A stretch of DNA of 64,000 bases, taken from the sequence record OR413578.1; one strand, written 5' to 3'. The notes under the pieces were generated by a model. It had not been told where the DNA came from and ran no database searches. It worked only from the letters and a program-made list of their open reading frames with translations. Shown here piece by piece: positions 63,004 through 64,000 of this stretch. Each line of letters starts with the position of its first letter. Within the stretch, counting starts at the first letter, position 1. Position numbers and translations under genes: made by a program.

Positions 63004-63444
63004 ATGTTAAAGCCACGCAAACAGAAAAGATTACAGTTTGTCAAAATAGTACATCCACAGTCCCGTCGTGTTACAGGTGGACGTCTCTACGTGGGTAAAC
63101 ACCGTAGTCGTCTTATCACCTGGTCGGCAATGGCCAACGTAGCCACCCAACTCCAGGCAATGGTTGAAGACCGTTGCCAGTTAAAAGGGGATTTCTTTCA
63201 AGAGAAGAAACCCTATCGTGATATCTTCCGTACACTAAAAGCGTGCTGGGTACTCAGCTGGGTGCCTGGCCGCGAACAACTTTATTTTCTGCGTAAGTTC
63301 CCACGCCCTATGCCGAAGGAAAACATTAGCGTTTTCTTAGACAAACTAAAACGCTTTAATGACATCGGCATTAACGCTAATAAAGAGCAAGTTTCTGCTA
63401 CAGTAGCAGCCCGGAAACTCTTACGCGATTACGTGGCCGATTGA
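63004..63444 (+). CDS. basic hypothetical protein (146 aa)
   Basis: TAAGGAG SD before ATG 63004. Confidence 0.65.
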   Translation: MLKPRKQKRLQFVKIVHPQSRRVTGGRLYVGKHRSRLITWSAMANVATQLQAMVEDRCQLKGDFFQEKKPYRDIFRTLKACWVLSWVPGREQLYFLRKFPRPMPKENISVFLDKLKRFNDIGINANKEQVSATVAARKLLRDYVAD

Positions 63445-63484
63445 CTTGAGAGGCACTTATCCCAAAAGAGGTCAATAAAGCAGC

Positions 63485-63521
63485 ACCCTACTCCTTCGGG
63501 AGTAGGGTTTCTTCTTTTTTT
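63485..63521 (+). terminator. intrinsic terminator
   Basis: ACCCTACTCC-TTCG-GGAGTAGGGT followed by a T run. Confidence 0.85.
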
Positions 63522-63542
63522 GTCTAGTCCGATTACAATTAT

Positions 63543-63612
63543 TTTCAGATATATATTACTTAGGTGAGAGTTAACCATTAACTCTTATCTAATCGACCAT
63601 TATCTTAAGGAG
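63543..63612 (+). promoter_or_regulatory. early promoter + hairpin leader, copy 4
   Basis: TTTCAGATATATATTACTTAGGTGA; GAGAGTTAA/TTAACTCTT stem 63566-63586; AATCGACCATT 63591; TAAGGAG SD. Confidence 0.75.
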
Positions 63613-63619
63613 TTTTAAC

Positions 63620-64000
63620 ATGTACATTCTGAATAACGAACTTACTAAGTACGCTAGCAAAAACCCGATTATGATTTCTTTCCTAATCGTGATGGCGGCC
63701 AACAAACAAGACCCTAGCGAATTCACTACTGAGGTCTTCGAAGAGATTATCGCTAACGCCAAAGAAGCCACGTTCCAGACCACAGAGCCTACTCGCGACG
63801 AGTTCCCCCTAGGTGAAGCCGGCGATGTAATGTTTAACGACATGGTTGCTTCGTACTACATCAATAGACGTGGTATGGAAATCGAATACGATGAACTTCC
63901 TACTAGCAGCTTTGCTGAAATGATTCGTGATTATCGTCGTCAAGTTGTCTCTGACGATATCGTAAAGAAATACATGGCACAAATCAGCCCATTCAGTCTT
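63620..64000 (+). CDS. early hypothetical protein, truncated by window edge
   Basis: MYILNNELTKYASKNPIMISFLIV..., open to the end of the window; not in the ORF track. Confidence 0.7.
   Translation, partial: MYILNNELTKYASKNPIMISFLIVMAANKQDPSEFTTEVFEEIIANAKEATFQTTEPTRDEFPLGEAGDVMFNDMVASYYINRRGMEIEYDELPTSSFAEMIRDYRRQVVSDDIVKKYMAQISPFSL

Noticed and set aside
6875-63612. Repeated 25-bp motif as a possible CRISPR or mini-array
   Set aside because: Copies are kilobases apart, not regularly spaced, and always oriented toward an RBS; they are promoters.
1-64000. tRNA, rRNA or IS/transposase genes
   Set aside because: No cloverleaf with T-loop GTTCRA plus acceptor stem and no transposase motif found by eye; tRNAscan-SE would be needed to exclude them formally.

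Overview
This window is a 64-kb internal segment of a phiKZ-like jumbo myophage (Chimalliviridae), apparently very close to Salmonella phage SPN3US. The A-x-E prohead-protease sites fall at the positions I recall from SPN3US proteomics: capsid ATE-130, portal ATE-161/AQE-254, and head paralogues AQE-125 and AQE-124/ARE-137. The first ~36 kb is mostly core: internal head proteins, baseplate proteins, DHFR, DnaB-like helicase, major capsid, a non-virion RNAP beta-like subunit, portal and RuvC. The rest is mostly accessory: several GNAT-fold genes, SLOG, dTMP kinase, XRE HTH, Dam, a 75-aa HslU fragment, a QueC-like PP-loop protein, DUF488 and a GH8-like tail protein. No tRNA, rRNA, CRISPR array or IS element was seen. 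Reading the intergenic DNA gave five things: (i) a four-copy early promoter + hairpin + AATCGACYATT + SD leader; (ii) a variant promoter class; (iii) a bipartite WTTAC-N15-TRTG promoter with fixed 20-nt spacing at about a dozen sites; (iv) two paralogous 48-aa micro-ORFs; (v) three head-to-head gene junctions with overlapping ribosome-binding sites. All protein assignments come from motif recognition by eye, not from database searches.
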